From: Verrucomicrobiia bacterium
Lineage (GTDB): Bacteria; Verrucomicrobiota; Verrucomicrobiia; Limisphaerales; DSYF01
Length of the DNA: 64,000 bases
Direction of reading: 5' to 3'
Assembly (NCBI GenBank): GCA_035765895.1
Contig: DASTWL010000012.1
Coordinates: forward strand, 38,565-102,564
In this document: positions 17,265 through 28,075 of the stretch, in pieces
Position numbering within the stretch: position 1 is the stretch's first letter
Layout of the letters: every line of letters begins with the position of its first letter
Notes under the pieces: model-generated
What the model saw: only the letters and a program-made list of their open reading frames with translations
Told to the model about the DNA's origin: nothing
Database searches by the model: none
Made by a program: the position numbers and the translations under genes

Positions 17265-18602
17265 TTATCCCGAATGATCCGGCCGTTTCCCGGCGGCGAC
17301 GTTTGCCGGGTTTTGGGGCGACGTGGTGGTCCGCCATTCGTTGAGGCTGCGTTCGTCCTGGTTGGGCGCGGCCGCCAGTTGCAGCGTCTCCATCGCCTCG
17401 CCGACCAGGTAGAGCGAGCCGGCCACCACGACGAAGCGCTCGCCGGCCACGCGGCGCAACGCATCGTGGGTGTCGGCAGCGGATTCCACGGCGGCTTGCG
17501 GGTTGGCCTGGCGGCAGGCAGCCACGAGCATGTCCGCGCCCATCGTGCGTTCGCTGTTCAACGGCACGCACACGATGCGCCCCGCGCAGGGCGCGAGGAT
17601 GTCGCACATCAAATGCCAGTCCTTGTCCTCGAGGATGCCCAGGACCAGCGTGGGGCGGGCCGCGGGGAAATGTTCGTCCAGTGCCGCGCGCAGGGCGGTG
17701 GCGCCGCCGGGATTGTGCGCGCAATCCAGCAACCAGCGCCGGCCGTCGGGCCGCTCCACCAATTGCAGCCGGCCCGGCCAGCGCACCGTCTGCAATCCGG
17801 CGCGCACCGTGTCGTCGGCGACGGGCAGGGTGTCTTGCAGGACGCCGACCGTGGCGAGCGCCACCGCGGCGTTCAACCTTTGATGCCAGCCGAGCAACGG
17901 CAGGGGCAGGGTGTCGAGGGGCGGATGTTGCGTGTGCGCCGGCGTGACGAGCGTCAGCGGACTTTGGCGGCGGCGCGCGACATCCTGTATGACGGCGAGG
18001 GCCTCGGGTTCATTGGCACCGGTGATGGCGGGCACGTGCGGCTTGATGATGCCCGCCTTCTCCGAGGCAATGCTGCCGAGCGTGTGGCCCAGCCAGCGTT
18101 CGTGATCGAATTGAATGTTGGTGATGACGCTGGCGAGCGGCGTGACGATGTTCGTGGCATCCAGCCGTCCGCCCAGGCCGGTTTCCCAGATGACCAGGTC
18201 GCAGCGTTGTTCGGCAAAGTAACGCAGCGCCAGCACCACGACGACCTCGAAGAAGGTGGGATGCGCGTCGGCCGGAAACTCCTTCAACAACGGCTGCAAC
18301 TCGCCCACAAGCCGCACGACGTCCGCCTCGGCAATCGGCCGGCGGTTGACCTGGATGCGTTCGCCGAAGCTGACGAGGTGGGGCGACGTGAACAGGCCCA
18401 CGCGCCATCCCGCCGTGCGATAAATGCTCTCGAGCATGGCGCACGTGGAGCCCTTGCCGTTGGTGCCGGCCACGTGGATGAACCGCAGCCGTTCGTGCGG
18501 CTGGCCGGCGAGCGCGGCCAGCTTGTGCGTGTTCTCCAAGCCGAACTTCGCCCCGAAAAAGCGGAGGCCGTAGAGGTAATCGATGGTTTCGCGATACGTC
18601 AT
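17265..18602 (-). CDS. folC: bifunctional folylpolyglutamate synthase/dihydrofolate synthase
   Basis: The N-terminus is TIDYLYGL..FG.K.GLEN with a Mur-ligase P-loop (HVAGTNGKGST). Confidence 0.9.
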   Translation of the reverse strand: MTYRETIDYLYGLRFFGAKFGLENTHKLAALAGQPHERLRFIHVAGTNGKGSTCAMLESIYRTAGWRVGLFTSPHLVSFGERIQVNRRPIAEADVVRLVGELQPLLKEFPADAHPTFFEVVVVLALRYFAEQRCDLVIWETGLGGRLDATNIVTPLASVITNIQFDHERWLGHTLGSIASEKAGIIKPHVPAITGANEPEALAVIQDVARRRQSPLTLVTPAHTQHPPLDTLPLPLLGWHQRLNAAVALATVGVLQDTLPVADDTVRAGLQTVRWPGRLQLVERPDGRRWLLDCAHNPGGATALRAALDEHFPAARPTLVLGILEDKDWHLMCDILAPCAGRIVCVPLNSERTMGADMLVAACRQANPQAAVESAADTHDALRRVAGERFVVVAGSLYLVGEAMETLQLAAAPNQDERSLNEWRTTTSPQNPANVAAGKRPDHSG

Positions 18603-18665
18603 CGTCGGTGCGCGCTAAAATGGGTGTCCGGGCGGCGGGCGTCAACGGGTGACCGCCCGGCCGGA

Positions 18666-20546
18666 TCACAGTTCGATTTGCATGCCCAGTTCGACCACGC
18701 GGTTGGCCGGCAGGCTGAAGAAGGCCGTGGCCGGCTGTGCGTTGCGCGCCAGAAAGGCAAACAGCCGCTCGCGCCAGATGGCCATGCCGGGCTTGGCCGT
18801 GGCGAGGATGGATTCGCGGCTCAGGAAAAACGTGGTGTCCTCCATGTTGATCGGCAATCCCTGGCTGGCGCAGGCGGCGAGAATGCCGGGGACGTTGGGC
18901 TTCTCCATGAAGCCCACCCGCACGACGATGCGCCAGAAACCATCCGCCAGCGGCTCCACCTTCACCCGCGTCGCGGCGGGCACGTGCGGCTCGTCGATGG
19001 TGACTAGCGTCAGCAGCAGCACCCGCTCGTGCAGCACCTTGTTGTGTTTCAAGTTGTGCAGCAACGCGAGCGGCGTGCCGTTCGGATTGCCGGACATGAA
19101 GACCGCCGTGCCCTTGACGCGCTGCGCCCGGCTGCTGCGGATGCCTTCGAGGAAAATTTCAAACGGCAGCAGCGAGGCGGACAGGCTTTCGCCCAGCAAC
19201 TGGCGGCCGCGCTTCCAGGTGGTCATCACCAGGAACACGGCGCCCGCGGCCACCAGCGGGAACCAGCCGCCGTGCTCGATTTTGACCGAGTTTGCCGCGA
19301 AGAACATGAGGTCCAGCATCAGGAACGCCCCGCACAGGGCGCCGGCCTTGGCGCGCGACCACTGCCAGAGCCGGCGCGCCGCAAAGTAAAACAGCAGCGA
19401 GGTGATGATCATCGTCAGCGTCACGGCGATGCCGTAGGCGGCGGACAGGTTGCTGGACGTTTCGAAGCCCAGCACCAGCCCGATGCAACAGCACATCAGG
19501 ATGCCGTTGATCAACGGCATGTAAATCTGCCCGCGCTCCTCCGACGAGGTGTGGCGGATTTCCATGCGCGGCAGATAGCCGAGCTGGATGGCCTGCATGG
19601 TGATCGAGAACGCGCCCGAGATGAGCGCCTGCGACGCGATGACGGTGGCCACCGTGCTCAGGGCCACCAGCGGATACAACGCCCAGGACGGGGCCAGCAG
19701 GTAGAACGGGTTCTCACTGGCACTGGGCCGTGTCATGAGCAGGGCGCCCTGACCGAAATAATTCAAGAGCAACGCCGGCAGCACGACGGCAAACCAGGTC
19801 CGCCGGATGGGCGTGGCGCCGAAGTGGCCGAGGTCCGCATACAGCGCCTCGGCGCCGGTCACGACGAGAAATACGGCGCCCATCACGATGAAGGCTTCCC
19901 ACTGGTTGGCGAGGATGAACTCCAGCGCGTGCCACGGATTGATGGCGGCGAGCACGCCCGGTGACTGGACAATGCCCTTCAAGCCCAGCAGCGCCAGCGC
20001 TCCGAACCAAACCACCATGATCGGGCCGAAAACCTTGCCCACCCGGCCGCTGCCGAATTTCTGCGCGGCAAACAACAGGACCAGCACCAGGATCGTGATG
20101 GGAATGATGAAGTGCTCAAACCGGGTGGTGGCCACGTTCAAGCCCTCGATCGCGCTGAGCACCGAGATCGAAGGCGTGATGACGCCGTCGCCGTAAAGCA
20201 GCGCGGCGCCAAAGATGCCCAACAACAGCACGGAAGCCCGCGTGCGGTTCTGAATGTGTGTGTCGCCAAACGCGAGGGCCAGCAGCGACAGGATGCCGCC
20301 TTCGCCCTTGTTGTCGGCGCGCAGGACGAAGGCCAGGTATTTGACGGACACCACCAACACGAGCGACCAGAAGATCAACGACAGCACGCCCATGATGTTG
20401 GCAGGCGTGGGCGCCACGCCGTGGTTTTCGTTGAAGCACTCGCGCAGGGCGTAAAGCGGACTCGTGCCGATGTCGCCATACACCACGCCCAGCGCACCCA
20501 CCATCAGACCGACCAAATAGCGTCCCTGAGGGGCCTCGCTTTTCAT
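18666..20546 (-). CDS. kup: KUP/HAK/KT potassium uptake transporter
   Basis: The N-terminal signature is GALGVVYGDIGTSPLYAL. The protein is 626 aa with a multi-TM core and a cytoplasmic C-terminal domain. Confidence 0.92.
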   Translation of the reverse strand: MKSEAPQGRYLVGLMVGALGVVYGDIGTSPLYALRECFNENHGVAPTPANIMGVLSLIFWSLVLVVSVKYLAFVLRADNKGEGGILSLLALAFGDTHIQNRTRASVLLLGIFGAALLYGDGVITPSISVLSAIEGLNVATTRFEHFIIPITILVLVLLFAAQKFGSGRVGKVFGPIMVVWFGALALLGLKGIVQSPGVLAAINPWHALEFILANQWEAFIVMGAVFLVVTGAEALYADLGHFGATPIRRTWFAVVLPALLLNYFGQGALLMTRPSASENPFYLLAPSWALYPLVALSTVATVIASQALISGAFSITMQAIQLGYLPRMEIRHTSSEERGQIYMPLINGILMCCCIGLVLGFETSSNLSAAYGIAVTLTMIITSLLFYFAARRLWQWSRAKAGALCGAFLMLDLMFFAANSVKIEHGGWFPLVAAGAVFLVMTTWKRGRQLLGESLSASLLPFEIFLEGIRSSRAQRVKGTAVFMSGNPNGTPLALLHNLKHNKVLHERVLLLTLVTIDEPHVPAATRVKVEPLADGFWRIVVRVGFMEKPNVPGILAACASQGLPINMEDTTFFLSRESILATAKPGMAIWRERLFAFLARNAQPATAFFSLPANRVVELGMQIEL

Positions 20547-20649
20547 ATCCTTAAGATGACTACCGCAGCCGCGCCGGGAAAATCAATTCCCGCGGGTTGA
20601 TCATGCCGGGGATCACCTCAGCCGCGCGGAGCGCGGTCTTGGCGGATCG

Positions 20650-20800
20650 CCCTTCCAATGGCCGACGAGGTTAGCTGTCGGGCTGGGCCTTGAAAGTGGC
20701 CTGAGCAGCGGTTGCCCGTCGCTCTGCGCCCCGCCCGGCGTGGTTCACACCGGGAATCTGGTTCCCCCGCCTGCAGCTTCAGGAAGGAAGCCGCAGTTAG
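20650..20800 (-). promoter_or_regulatory. candidate c-di-AMP riboswitch (ydaO-yuaA class) in the kup 5' leader
   Basis: The minus-strand RNA contains GGCGGGGGAACCA, CCGGUGUGAACC, GCCGGGCGGGG and CCCAGCCCGACAGCUAACCUCGUCGGCC. As I remember the ydaO consensus, these match its conserved blocks (GGGGGACCCA, GGGGUGAAUC, GGUAGGG, CCCGAAUCCG.CAGCUAACCUCGUAAGC). It ends about 105 nt upstream of the kup ATG. Confidence 0.55.
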
Positions 20801-21094
20801 GCTGCGTGGGTGAAGGTTACCGCAATGGTCGGACGGATGCAAACCCTCGGAAACATTGCCATTCGGGCAACGGCCCTTCACCGGCTGCGCCGAACCGGCC
20901 TGAAGGGCATTGTCACTTCAGGCGGCTTCATACCGCTCCAATCAAAAAATTTCGGTGTCGGCACGACGGGCAGAGCATGGTCACTCTGAGCGAACAAATC
21001 CGGGCGCCATCACCGCATAGCGGCCCATGACCAAAAACGGCAATCCACTTTCAGCCGCCTTGTTGATTATGGTTTGGAATGCGCCCCCGTCGCC

Positions 21095-22708
21095 TCAGTT
21101 CACCTTCTGGCTCGACCGCTGATACGCCGCGGCGATGAAACCCTTGAACAGCGGATGCGGCTGGTCCGGCTTGCTCATAAATTCCGGATGGAACTGGCAC
21201 GCGATGTAGAATGGATGGCCCGGGATTTCGATGATCTCGACCAGCTTGCCGTCGGGCGACGTGCCGCTGAAGACAAAACCGGCCTTGGTGAACTTGTCGC
21301 GGTAGTGGTTGTTGAACTCGTAACGGTGCCGGTGGCGTTCCTTGATGACGAATGCGCCGTAAAGCCGGGCCGCGAGCGTGTCCATGCCGAGCTGGCACGG
21401 CTGCGCGCCGAGCCGCATCGTGCCGCCCTTCTTCGTCACTTTGAGCTGGGTGTCGAGCAGTGCGATCACCGGATGCGGCGTGGCGGGGTCAAACTCCGCC
21501 GAATGCGCCTTCTCCAGCTTGAGCACGTGGCGCGCGAATTCAATGGTGGCGATCTGCATGCCGAGGCACAGCCCGAGATAGGGCACGTTGTTTTCGCGCG
21601 CGTATTTGGCCGCGAGAATTTTGCCCTCAATGCCGCGGTCGCCAAAGCCGCCCGGCACCAGCACGCCACCCAGGCCCTTCAACTGAGATTCTGCGCCGTG
21701 CCGCTCGATCTCCTCCGCATCCACGCGCACCAGTTCCACGCCGCAATCGTTGCCGATGCCGCCGTGGATGACCGCTTCGTAAACCGATTTGTAGGCGTCT
21801 TGAAGCCCGATGTATTTGCCCACCACGCCGATGCGAACGCGGTTTTGCGGTGCGATGAGTTTGCGGATGATTTCCTGCCAGTGCGTCATGTTCGCCGCGG
21901 GACGTTCCAGCCGCAACTGGTCGCACACCAGCTGGTCCACGCGTTCGCGTTGCAGCATCAGCGGCATTTCATAAATGCTGTGGTCCACGTCCTTCGCCTC
22001 GATCACCGCCTCGAAGGGCACGTTGCAAAACAGCGAGATTTTCTGGCGCAATTCCTTGTCCAGCGGCTTTTCGCAGCGGCACGCGATGATGTTCGGGAAG
22101 ATGCCGATTTCGCGCAGCTTGGCGACCGATTGCTGCGTGGGCTTGGTCTTGAGTTCGCCGGCGGCCTTGATGAACGGCACGTAGGTGACGTGGATGAACA
22201 TCGCGTTGTGCGGGCCCTGTTCCAGGGCAAATTCGCGGATCGCCTCCAGGAACGGCAGTCCTTCAATGTCGCCCGTCGTGCCGCCGATTTCGGTGATCAG
22301 CACGTCCGCCTTCGATTCCGCCGCCACATCGAGGATGCGCTGCTGGATTTCGTCCGTGACGTGCGGGATGACCTGCACCGTCTTGCCGAGGTAATCGCCG
22401 CGGCGCTCCTTCTCGATCACGTTCAGGTAAACGCGGCCGCTGGTCAGATTGTTCAGCTTGGTGAGCTGCGTATGGGTGAACCGCTCGTAATGCCCGAGGT
22501 CGAGGTCGGTTTCGGTGCCGTCGTCGAGCACATAGACTTCGCCGTGCTGAAACGGGCTCATCGTGCCCGGATCCACGTTCAGGTAGGGGTCGAATTTTTG
22601 CAGGGCGACCTTGAGACCGCGGTTTTCGAGCAGCGTGCCCAGGGCCGCCGCCGTCAAACCCTTGCCCAGGGAACTGACCACGCCGCCGGTGACGAAGATG
22701 TATTTCAT
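21095..22708 (-). CDS. pyrG: CTP synthase
   Basis: It starts MKYIFVTGGVVSSLGKG and has a C-terminal glutamine amidotransferase domain (GLCLGMQ). I prefer the start at 22708 over 22783. Confidence 0.95.
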   Translation of the reverse strand: MKYIFVTGGVVSSLGKGLTAAALGTLLENRGLKVALQKFDPYLNVDPGTMSPFQHGEVYVLDDGTETDLDLGHYERFTHTQLTKLNNLTSGRVYLNVIEKERRGDYLGKTVQVIPHVTDEIQQRILDVAAESKADVLITEIGGTTGDIEGLPFLEAIREFALEQGPHNAMFIHVTYVPFIKAAGELKTKPTQQSVAKLREIGIFPNIIACRCEKPLDKELRQKISLFCNVPFEAVIEAKDVDHSIYEMPLMLQRERVDQLVCDQLRLERPAANMTHWQEIIRKLIAPQNRVRIGVVGKYIGLQDAYKSVYEAVIHGGIGNDCGVELVRVDAEEIERHGAESQLKGLGGVLVPGGFGDRGIEGKILAAKYARENNVPYLGLCLGMQIATIEFARHVLKLEKAHSAEFDPATPHPVIALLDTQLKVTKKGGTMRLGAQPCQLGMDTLAARLYGAFVIKERHRHRYEFNNHYRDKFTKAGFVFSGTSPDGKLVEIIEIPGHPFYIACQFHPEFMSKPDQPHPLFKGFIAAAYQRSSQKVN

Positions 22709-22779
22709 GGAAAAATTCAACGGGGACGGCTTGCACACCGTCCCCGGGCCTATGTTGTAACCGAAACCGGCGTCCGGCT

Positions 22780-23523
22780 TCAAGCTTGGGCTGCGAGCCG
22801 TGCCTCCACGCGCGCCACGTCCGCCGGGACGTCCACGCCGATGCTTTCGTAATTCACTTTCACCACGCCGATGGCGATGCCGTTCTCGAGGGCGCGAAGC
22901 TGCTCCAGCTTTTCGGCATTTTCGAGCGGCGAAACCGGGAACTGCACCAGCCGCAGCAGCGTGTCCCGCCGGTAGCCGTAAATGCCGAGGTGCTTCAGGA
23001 ACTGAAACGCTGCCAGTTGCTCGGCCGCCGGACGGGCAGCAGCGTCGCGCAGGAAGGGAATCGTGCGGCGCGAGAAATACAGCGCGCGGCCATTGGCGCC
23101 AACAACCACTTTGACCACGTTGGGATTGTCGTATTCCGCGACGTCGCAGATAACGGCGGCAGCCGTGGACATTTCGTTGCCGGTCAGCGTGCCGGCCACG
23201 GCGTCAATCACCGCCGGGTCCATCAACGGCTCGTCGCCCTGCACATTCACCACGGCATCGCATTCGCAGCGCGTCGCGACTTCCGCGATGCGGTCCGAGC
23301 CGCTCGCATGATCCGCCCGCGTCATCTCCACGCGACAAAACTGCCGCGCACACGCCGCAATGCGCTCGTCATCCGTGGCCACGATGACATCCGCCAGCGA
23401 CTTCGCCTTGCGGCATTGCTCGACGACGCGCTGGATGAGCGGCCGGCCGGCGATGGGATGCAGTGGCTTGCCGGGAAAGCGCGTGCTGGCGTAACGGGCG
23501 GGAATGATGCCGAGAATGTTCAC
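22780..23523 (-). CDS. kdsB: 3-deoxy-manno-octulosonate cytidylyltransferase (CMP-KDO synthetase)
   Basis: The N-terminus is IIPARYASTRFPGKPL and the protein is 247 aa, a typical KdsB length. Confidence 0.9.
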   Translation of the reverse strand: MNILGIIPARYASTRFPGKPLHPIAGRPLIQRVVEQCRKAKSLADVIVATDDERIAACARQFCRVEMTRADHASGSDRIAEVATRCECDAVVNVQGDEPLMDPAVIDAVAGTLTGNEMSTAAAVICDVAEYDNPNVVKVVVGANGRALYFSRRTIPFLRDAAARPAAEQLAAFQFLKHLGIYGYRRDTLLRLVQFPVSPLENAEKLEQLRALENGIAIGVVKVNYESIGVDVPADVARVEARLAAQA

Positions 23524-23579
23524 GGGGCAAGTTTAGCCACGGATGAATCGCGGATGAAACACGGAAAGTGAAGCGGTGT

Positions 23580-24137
23580 TCAATTCGTGTTTGATCCGTG
23601 GCCGAGAATCTGCCGCGCCGCCGCGGCCAGATCATCCACCACCCACGCGTTGGTCAGCGCTTCCGGCGACTTCTGCTCCACCTTCGTCCCGTAACCGGTG
23701 CGGACGAGGATGGAGCGCTTCACGCCGGCGTTCCAGCCGCACTCCAGGTCAATCAGCTTGTCGCCGATCATGTAGCTGCGGGCGAGGTCCACGCCCAGTT
23801 CATCCCGCGCATCGAAGAGGAATTGTGGGTTCGGCTTGCGGCCGTAGCTCGGCTGGTCCGGCGCCTCGGGGGCGAAGTAAATCTTCTCGATCCGCACGCC
23901 GTCGGCGGCGAGCAGTTCGAGGAGCCGTGCGTTGACGCGGTGCAGGTCGTCCACGGTGTAATAGCCGCGGCCGATGCCGGACTGGTTGGTGACGATGACG
24001 AGCTTGAAACCGGCGTCCAGCAGGCGCCGCAGGGCCGCGCCGGCGCCGGGAAACACCACCACGCCTTCGGGGTGCGAGAGGTATTGCCTCTCTTCGATGA
24101 GCGTTCCGTCGCGGTCGAGAAAAATGGCGGCCTGCAT
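23580..24137 (-). CDS. gmhB: HAD-IIIA phosphatase, D-glycero-D-manno-heptose-1,7-bisphosphate 7-phosphatase-like
   Basis: It has the FLDRDGTL motif I, VTNQSGIGRG motif II, and GDK..D motif. I prefer the start at MQAAIFLDRDG (24137). Confidence 0.8.
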   Translation of the reverse strand: MQAAIFLDRDGTLIEERQYLSHPEGVVVFPGAGAALRRLLDAGFKLVIVTNQSGIGRGYYTVDDLHRVNARLLELLAADGVRIEKIYFAPEAPDQPSYGRKPNPQFLFDARDELGVDLARSYMIGDKLIDLECGWNAGVKRSILVRTGYGTKVEQKSPEALTNAWVVDDLAAAARQILGHGSNTN

Positions 24138-24304
24138 GGCGGCAGGATTCTGAGGGCGGAAGCCAGCATGGCAACGACGAAATCCGATGACGGAGCGGGA
24201 TCGCGATGTTTCGTGTTGGGCGCGTTTGCGGGAGCGATGTAATTTCGCCAGGTGCCTAATTTCTCGCTTTGCCACCCCTTCCGGGCTGTGGCTAACCTTG
24301 CGCC

Positions 24305-25834
24305 ATGCTTTCCAAGGTGTGTTCCGCTGCTGTGAACGGAATCGAGGCGTATCCGGTGGAGGTCGAGGTCAACGCGGGCTGGGGTGACACGTTGATCGTG
24401 GTGGTCGGCCTGCCGGACGCCGCCGTGAAGGAATCCAAGGACCGGGTGACCACCGCGCTAGCCAATTCCGGCTACAAATTTCCCATGGGGCGCACCACCA
24501 TCAACCTGGCCCCCGCCGACGTGAAGAAGGAGGGGCCGAGCTTCGACCTGCCCATCGCCATCGGGATGCTGGCCGCCTCGGAGCAGATTGAAACCGATCA
24601 ACTGGATAATTTCATCATCGTCGGCGAACTCGCGTTGACCGGCGCCGTGCGGCCCGTGAAGGGCGTGCTGCCCATCGCGTTGCGCGCCAAACAGGCCGGG
24701 ATGGTCGGCGTGCTGGTGCCCGCGGAGAATGCGCCCGAAGCCGCTGCCGTGGCCGGGTTGAATGTCATCCCCGTCCAGAACCTCCGCGAAGCCGCGCAGT
24801 TCCTCGAAGGCCAGATTCGCATCGCGCCAACCAAGGTGGACATGGCAAAGGTTTTTGCCGACGCAGCGCACGAGGAGGACGTGGACTTTGCCGAAGTGAA
24901 GGGGCAGGAGTCCGTGAAACGCGCGTTGGAAATCGCGGCGGCTGGCGGGCACAACATCCTGTTGATCGGTCCGCCGGGCACGGGCAAATCCATGCTCGCC
25001 AAACGGCTCGCGACCATTCTGCCGCCGCTGACCCTTGAGGAAGCCCTCGAAACGACCAAAATCCACAGCATCGTCGGCCTGCTCGCGCCGGGGCAGGCGC
25101 TCGTGACGCGCCGGCCTTTTCGTGCGCCGCATCACACGGCCAGCGACGCCGGTTTGCTGGGTGGCAATATCAATCCCACGCCGGGCGAAATTTCGCTGGC
25201 GCACAACGGCGTGCTCTTCCTCGACGAACTGCCCGAATTTAAACGCAGCGTGCTGGAAACCATGCGCCAGCCGCTGGAGGAAGGCCGGGTCACCATTTCA
25301 CGGGCCGCCGGCTCGATGACCTTCCCCGCCGAATTCATGCTGGTGGCGGCGATGAATCCGACACCGGACGGCAAAATGCCGCACGAGAGCAAGTCGTCGC
25401 CGCGGGAAATTCAAAATTACCTGGGCCGCGTTTCCGGACCGCTGCTGGACCGCGTGGATCTGCACATCGAAGTGCCGCCGGTGAAGTTTCGGGAAATGAG
25501 CGGCGAGGCCAACGGCGAAAGTTCCGCGCAGATTCGGGAACGCGTGGTGGCCGCGCGGTCGCGGCAGCAGCAGCGATTTGCCCGGCAGCCCAAAATCACC
25601 AGCAACGCCCGCATGGGCCCGCGCGAGCTGAAACAGCATTGTGCGCTGAACGACGAGGCGCGGCAGCTCCTGCAAATGGCGATGACCGACATGAACCTCA
25701 GCGCACGGGCCTACGACCGCATCTTGAAAGTGGCCCGCACGATTGCGGATTTGGCCGCGGCGGAAAACATCGCACCGGAACATCTGTCCGAGGCCATCCA
25801 ATATCGTTCCCTCGACCGGCAAATCTGGGGCTGA
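24305..25834 (+). CDS. YifB/ComM-family Mg-chelatase-like AAA+ ATPase
   Basis: It has an N-terminal Lon-protease-like fold region, a Walker A ([11 protein letters not shown]), and [10 protein letters not shown] as Walker B. Confidence 0.9.
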   Translation: MLSKVCSAAVNGIEAYPVEVEVNAGWGDTLIVVVGLPDAAVKESKDRVTTALANSGYKFPMGRTTINLAPADVKKEGPSFDLPIAIGMLAASEQIETDQLDNFIIVGELALTGAVRPVKGVLPIALRAKQAGMVGVLVPAENAPEAAAVAGLNVIPVQNLREAAQFLEGQIRIAPTKVDMAKVFADAAHEEDVDFAEVKGQESVKRALEIAAAGGHNILLIGPPGTGKSMLAKRLATILPPLTLEEALETTKIHSIVGLLAPGQALVTRRPFRAPHHTASDAGLLGGNINPTPGEISLAHNGVLFLDELPEFKRSVLETMRQPLEEGRVTISRAAGSMTFPAEFMLVAAMNPTPDGKMPHESKSSPREIQNYLGRVSGPLLDRVDLHIEVPPVKFREMSGEANGESSAQIRERVVAARSRQQQRFARQPKITSNARMGPRELKQHCALNDEARQLLQMAMTDMNLSARAYDRILKVARTIADLAAAENIAPEHLSEAIQYRSLDRQIWG

Positions 25835-25893
25835 CGGCGGGCGGTGCAACTGTCCGATTGCCAGCCGCCCGAAATCACGCGAAGGTGGACGGC

Positions 25894-27957
25894 ATGGCGT
25901 TTTCCGATCGCAGTCCCAATCGTCTGGCCGGCGAAAAGTCACCGTATCTGTTGCAGCACGCGCACAATCCCGTGGATTGGTTTCCGTGGGGGGATGAAGC
26001 CTTTGCCCGGGCGCGCGCCGAACGCAAACCCATCTTCCTCAGCATCGGTTACTCGACGTGTCATTGGTGCCATGTGATGGAGCGCGAGTCGTTCGAAAGC
26101 GAAGCCGTCGCCCGCGCGCTCAATCAGGATTTCATCAGCATCAAGGTGGACCGCGAAGAGCGACCGGACGTGGACAAGATCTACATGACATTCGTTCAGG
26201 CCACGACGGGCGCGGGCGGCTGGCCGATGAGCGTTTTTCTGACGCCGGATTTGCAGCCGTTTTACGGCGGCACTTATTTTCCGCCGGCGCCGCGTTACGG
26301 CCGGCCCGGCTTTCTGCAACTGGTGGAACGCATTGCCGAACTCTGGCGGGAACGGGCGGATGAAATGGCACAGAACGCCGCGCGGGTGCACGAACAACTG
26401 GCTGCCGCCACGGCCGCGCCGGCCGTGGATTTGAACGCCGCGCTGAATCCCGAATGGCTGCGCGAAGCGGGCGTGGCATTCAAGGAACAATATGATCCGC
26501 AGCACGGCGGTTTCGGCCGCGCGCCGAAGTTCCCCCAACCCGCCATCCCGCAGTTTCTGCTGCGCTACGCGCACCGCTTCGGTGACGACGCGGCGAAACG
26601 CATGGTGCTGCACACGTGCGACGCCATGGCCGCCGGCGGCATCCATGATCAGCTGGGCGGCGGGTTCGCGCGTTACTCGGTCGATGCCGAATGGCTGGTG
26701 CCGCACTTTGAAAAGATGCTGTATGACAACGCGCAACTGGCGCAGCTCTATCTGGACGCCTGGCTGGTCAGCGGCGAGGAGCGGCACGCCGGCGTGGTGC
26801 GCGACATTCTCGGCTACGTGTTGCGGGACATGACGCATCCCGAGGGCGGCTTTTACTCGGCGGAGGATGCCGACAGCGAAGGGCACGAAGGAAAATTTTA
26901 CTGTTGGACGCGGGCGGAATTGTCACGCCTGCTGACGGTCGAAGAGTTCAACGTGGCGGTCCGCCATTTTGGCGTCACGGAGGCGGGCAACTTTGTGGAT
27001 CACAGCCATCCGCTTCCGCTGCCGGGGCAGAACGTGCTGAGCATCGCCGATCCCGATGTGCCGGCGGCGGACGCGCCGTTGCTGGCGGCGGCACGGGCAA
27101 AAATGATCGCCGCCCGCGCCCAACGGGTCCGGCCGCTGCGGGACGACAAGGTGCTCGCCTCGTGGAATGGCTTGATGCTGGGTGCCTTTGCGCGGGCCTA
27201 CGCGGTGCTCGGGGAAGAAACCTACCGCGTGGCGGCGGCCCGGAACCTCGCGTTCCTGCGGGACAAGTTATGGGATGAAACCACGCAGACCCTTTACCAT
27301 CGCTGGCGGGACGGCGCGCGGGATTCCGTGCAGTTGCTCGATGCCTACGCTTTTTTGCTCGACGGTGTGCTGGAGTTTTACCGTGCCACACTCGCGCCCG
27401 ACCTGCTGGCGTTCGCCGTGCAACTGGCGGAAGCCTTGCTGCGGCGGTTCCATGACGCGGAACACGGCGGTTTCTGGCAGAGCGCTGCTGACGCAACGGA
27501 TCTGATTCTGCGCGTGAAGGACGATCATGACGGCGCGGAGCCGGCCGGGAATTCGGTGGCGACGCTGGCCCTGTTGAAGCTGGCGGCCATCACGGACCGG
27601 GCGGATTTCCGGGACGCCGCGGCCCAAACACTTCGGGCGGCGGCGCCGAAATTGCAGCAAATGCCGCAGGTGGTTCCTTGTTTGTTGCAGGCGTTTGATT
27701 TTTGGGTCAACGAACCCAAACGGCTGGTCATTGCCGGGGAACCGGGCGCGGCGGCGGTCGCACGCCTGTTGCGGGCGGCCGGTTCGGTTTACGGACCCAG
27801 CACGTTGGTCCTGGGCAACCGCGGACCGGTCGATGCGTTCACGCGGTCATTGCCCGGCCGCGGGGCGGCCACTGCCTACGTGTGCATTGGTCAAACTTGC
27901 AAAACCCCGACGGACGATCCGGAGATGGTGCGGGCGTGGCTGCGCGACGGCGTTTGA
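25894..27957 (+). CDS. thioredoxin-domain protein of the YyaL/DUF255 family
   Basis: The N-terminus is [22 protein letters not shown]...CHWCHVM, followed by an (alpha/alpha)6-like domain. I prefer the start at 25894; the 25639 extension overlaps yifB. Confidence 0.85.
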   Translation: MAFSDRSPNRLAGEKSPYLLQHAHNPVDWFPWGDEAFARARAERKPIFLSIGYSTCHWCHVMERESFESEAVARALNQDFISIKVDREERPDVDKIYMTFVQATTGAGGWPMSVFLTPDLQPFYGGTYFPPAPRYGRPGFLQLVERIAELWRERADEMAQNAARVHEQLAAATAAPAVDLNAALNPEWLREAGVAFKEQYDPQHGGFGRAPKFPQPAIPQFLLRYAHRFGDDAAKRMVLHTCDAMAAGGIHDQLGGGFARYSVDAEWLVPHFEKMLYDNAQLAQLYLDAWLVSGEERHAGVVRDILGYVLRDMTHPEGGFYSAEDADSEGHEGKFYCWTRAELSRLLTVEEFNVAVRHFGVTEAGNFVDHSHPLPLPGQNVLSIADPDVPAADAPLLAAARAKMIAARAQRVRPLRDDKVLASWNGLMLGAFARAYAVLGEETYRVAAARNLAFLRDKLWDETTQTLYHRWRDGARDSVQLLDAYAFLLDGVLEFYRATLAPDLLAFAVQLAEALLRRFHDAEHGGFWQSAADATDLILRVKDDHDGAEPAGNSVATLALLKLAAITDRADFRDAAAQTLRAAAPKLQQMPQVVPCLLQAFDFWVNEPKRLVIAGEPGAAAVARLLRAAGSVYGPSTLVLGNRGPVDAFTRSLPGRGAATAYVCIGQTCKTPTDDPEMVRAWLRDGV

Positions 27958-28028
27958 TTTGCAAACAAAATCGACCCGAACTGGGACACTCGGACGGTGA
28001 ACGGCTGCACGGTTGCGGCCGCGGGTGG

Positions 28029-28043
28029 TGGCACGGGTTCTGC
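28029..28043 (+). promoter_or_regulatory. possible sigma-54 (-24/-12) promoter
   Basis: The sequence is TGGCAC-gggtt-CTGC. The correctly spaced GG/GC elements end 33 nt upstream of the ATG at 28076. Confidence 0.3.
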
Positions 28044-28075
28044 GATGAGCAATTCAGCCTGCGAAAACCACCCTT

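Noticed and set aside
13069-19007. Plus-strand ORFs 13069-13995, 14190-15446 and 17274-19007 opposite rluA-like, ppiD-like and folC
   Set aside because: These are antisense shadows of genes with clear family motifs, and their composition is dominated by Arg/Gly/Ala/His.
20880-21095. Spacer between the kup leader and the pyrG stop, checked for a tRNA or small RNA
   Set aside because: I could find no cloverleaf, no convincing stem-loop plus U-tract, and no recognisable motif.
21074-23571. Plus-strand ORFs 21074-22852 and 22786-23571 opposite pyrG and kdsB
   Set aside because: These are antisense shadows of highly conserved enzymes.
25639-25893. N-terminal extension of the yyaL-like ORF overlapping the yifB 3' end
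   Set aside because: The extension is Arg/Gly/Pro-rich and overlaps yifB by ~195 nt. The conserved family N-terminus begins at the ATG at 25894.
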